Part shown: positions 62,301 through 64,000 of the stretch, in pieces
Numbering within the stretch: position 1 is the stretch's first letter
How the letters are laid out: every line of letters begins with the position of its first letter
DNA from: Camelus dromedarius
Lineage: Eukaryota
Direction of reading: 5' to 3'
Assembly (NCBI RefSeq): GCF_036321535.1
Contig: NC_087437.1
Coordinates: forward strand, 85,252,001 to 85,316,000
DNA: 64,000 nucleotides
The notes under the pieces: generated by a model
What the model was told of the DNA's origin: nothing
Databases searched by the model: none
The model's input: only the letters and a program-made list of their open reading frames with translations
Program-made: the position numbers and the translations under genes

Positions 62301-64000
62301 AAAATTCTAAAGACTCAGCCCCAAAACTGTTAGATCTAATCAATGAAATCAGTAAAGCTGCAGCATCCAAAATTAACATAAAAAAATCAATAGTGTTTCT
62401 ACACATTAACAATGAGTTTTCTGAAAAGAAATAAGGAAAATGATCCCATCTGCAGTAACATCAAAAACAGTAAAATACTAGACATAAATTTAACCATGGA
62501 TGTGAAAGATCTGTGCAATGAAAATTATAAGACATTGATGAAATAAATCAAAGACTCAAGTAAATGATGATAAGGTACCTCACGTTGATGGATTAGACAA
62601 AGTAATATTGGTAAAATGTCAATACTGGCAATAGCCATCCATAGACTCAATGCAATCTCTATCAAAATTCCAATGGCATTTTTTATAGTAGTAGTAGGAA
62701 AAACACTTCTAAAATTCATATTGGACCAGAAAAGACCCTGAATATCCAAAGAAGCCTTGAGAAAGAAGAGAACAAAGCAGAATTATACTTTCTGATATAA
62801 AGCTATACTGTAAATCTATAGTCATCAAAACCATCAAAATATTTTATTCCAGAAATAAACCCAAGCAACTACAGTCAACTAATATTTAACACTATAGCCA
62901 ACAATACTCAATGGCTCTTCAGTGAATGGTGTTAGGATTATTGGATATTCGCATATGAAAAAATGATTACTGGATTCCTATCTTTCACCACTCACAAATA
63001 TTAACATGAAATAATTTAAACACTTAAATGTAAGACTCAAAGCCATGAATTTCCTAGAAGGATACATAGGAATAAAGCTCCTTGACATGGGTCTTGGTAA
63101 TGATTTTTTGGATATGACATCTAAAGTACAAGTAGGAAGTCAATGATAATCAAGTAGGACTTAATCAAACTGGAAAGCTTCTGCACAGCAAAAGAAATCA
63201 TCAACAAAGTGAACAGAAAACCTACAGAATACGACAAAAATAACTGCAAAATGTATATCCAAAATATACAAAGAACTCATACAACCCAATAGCAAAATAA
63301 ATAAATAACCCAATTTTTTAAATGGGGAAAGGACCTGAATAGACATTTTTCCAAAGAAGATATACAAAAGGCCAACAGGTACATGAAAAGATGCTCAATA
63401 TCACTATTCATTAGGGAAAGGATAATTAAAACTCCTGTTAGAATAGCTGTCATAAAAGGATAACAAATGCCAGCATGGATGTAGAGAAAAGGGAAATACC
63501 CACTGCTACAACAATAATTGAAAACAGTATGGAGAATAGTCAAAAACTTAAAAATACGCTACCATATGATCCAGCAATTCCACTTGGTAATATAACCAAA
63601 TGAAATGAAAAAACTAACTTGAAAAGATACATGCACCCCATGTTCATAGTAGCATTATTTATAAAAGCCAATACATGGACACAACCTAAGTGCCCACTGA
63701 TTGATGAATGTATAGAGAAGTTGTGGTATTTATACACAATGTAATTCAGTCTTAATAATTGAGGAGATATTACATTTTGTGACAATAATGGAACTTCAAG
63801 GCATTATACTAAGTAAATGAGGTGGGGAAAGATAAATGCTGTGTGATTTCATTTATACATGGAATCAAAAATTTTAAAAACCTTGTAAAAAAGGAGATAA
63901 GACTTGTGGTTACCAGAAGTGGAGGTTGTGAGGAGGGGGAACCGGCTGAAGTTGTTAAAAATGTACAAACTTCCAGTTATAAGAGAAACAAGTACGAGGG

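Larger units (their letters stand above)
57319..64000 (+). mobile_element. Near-full-length old LINE-1 (L1MA9-like, monomeric 5'UTR); 3' end runs beyond the window
   Basis: 5'UTR ~57319-58670; ORF1 remnants (59451-59651 PMRLWADFSTET); ORF2 from ~60193 (60887-61093 ENLWDKAKAVLIRKF; aaaagcccaggacc; gacaagggtgcccactctc); 3'UTR ...gtacaaacttccagttataaga. Confidence 0.96.

Noticed and set aside
1..64000. CRISPR arrays, operons or retrotransposition-competent elements
   Set aside because: This is mammalian repeat-rich DNA with no repeat-spacer arrays, and every L1/ERV reading frame is broken by stops and frameshifts.

Overview
AT-rich, CpG-poor mammalian genomic DNA, probably camelid: it carries a tRNA-Ala-derived SINE resembling Vic-1, and I saw no Alu, Bov-A/BovB, PRE1 or CAN SINEs. 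I find no supportable host protein-coding gene, functional RNA gene or CpG island. The ORF-track entries I could identify are decayed LINE-1 (L1) or ERV fragments, and the rest look like chance ORFs. By my approximate boundaries about 60% of the window is L1. This includes two related near-full-length old elements with monomer-type 5'UTRs (23178-30254 minus, 57319->64000 plus), two internally deleted L1s sharing a different 5'UTR (7262, 45922), and a multi-level nested stack at ~35.2-43.8 kb. There are also solo LTRs (MER39-, MLT1C-, MER21C/MER77-, MLT2- and LTR33-like), Tigger-family MITEs, MIR/L2 relics and microsatellites. The most notable structure the ORF track does not reveal is a fossil class III (ERVL-like) pol at ~31.5-33.9 kb. 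Its protease-RT half is on the minus strand and its tether-RNaseH-integrase half on the plus strand, and the two halves are collinear, which implies a ~1.4 kb local inversion. I found no convincing novel biological system. Repeat family names come from recalled consensus sequences, and boundaries without TSDs are approximate.
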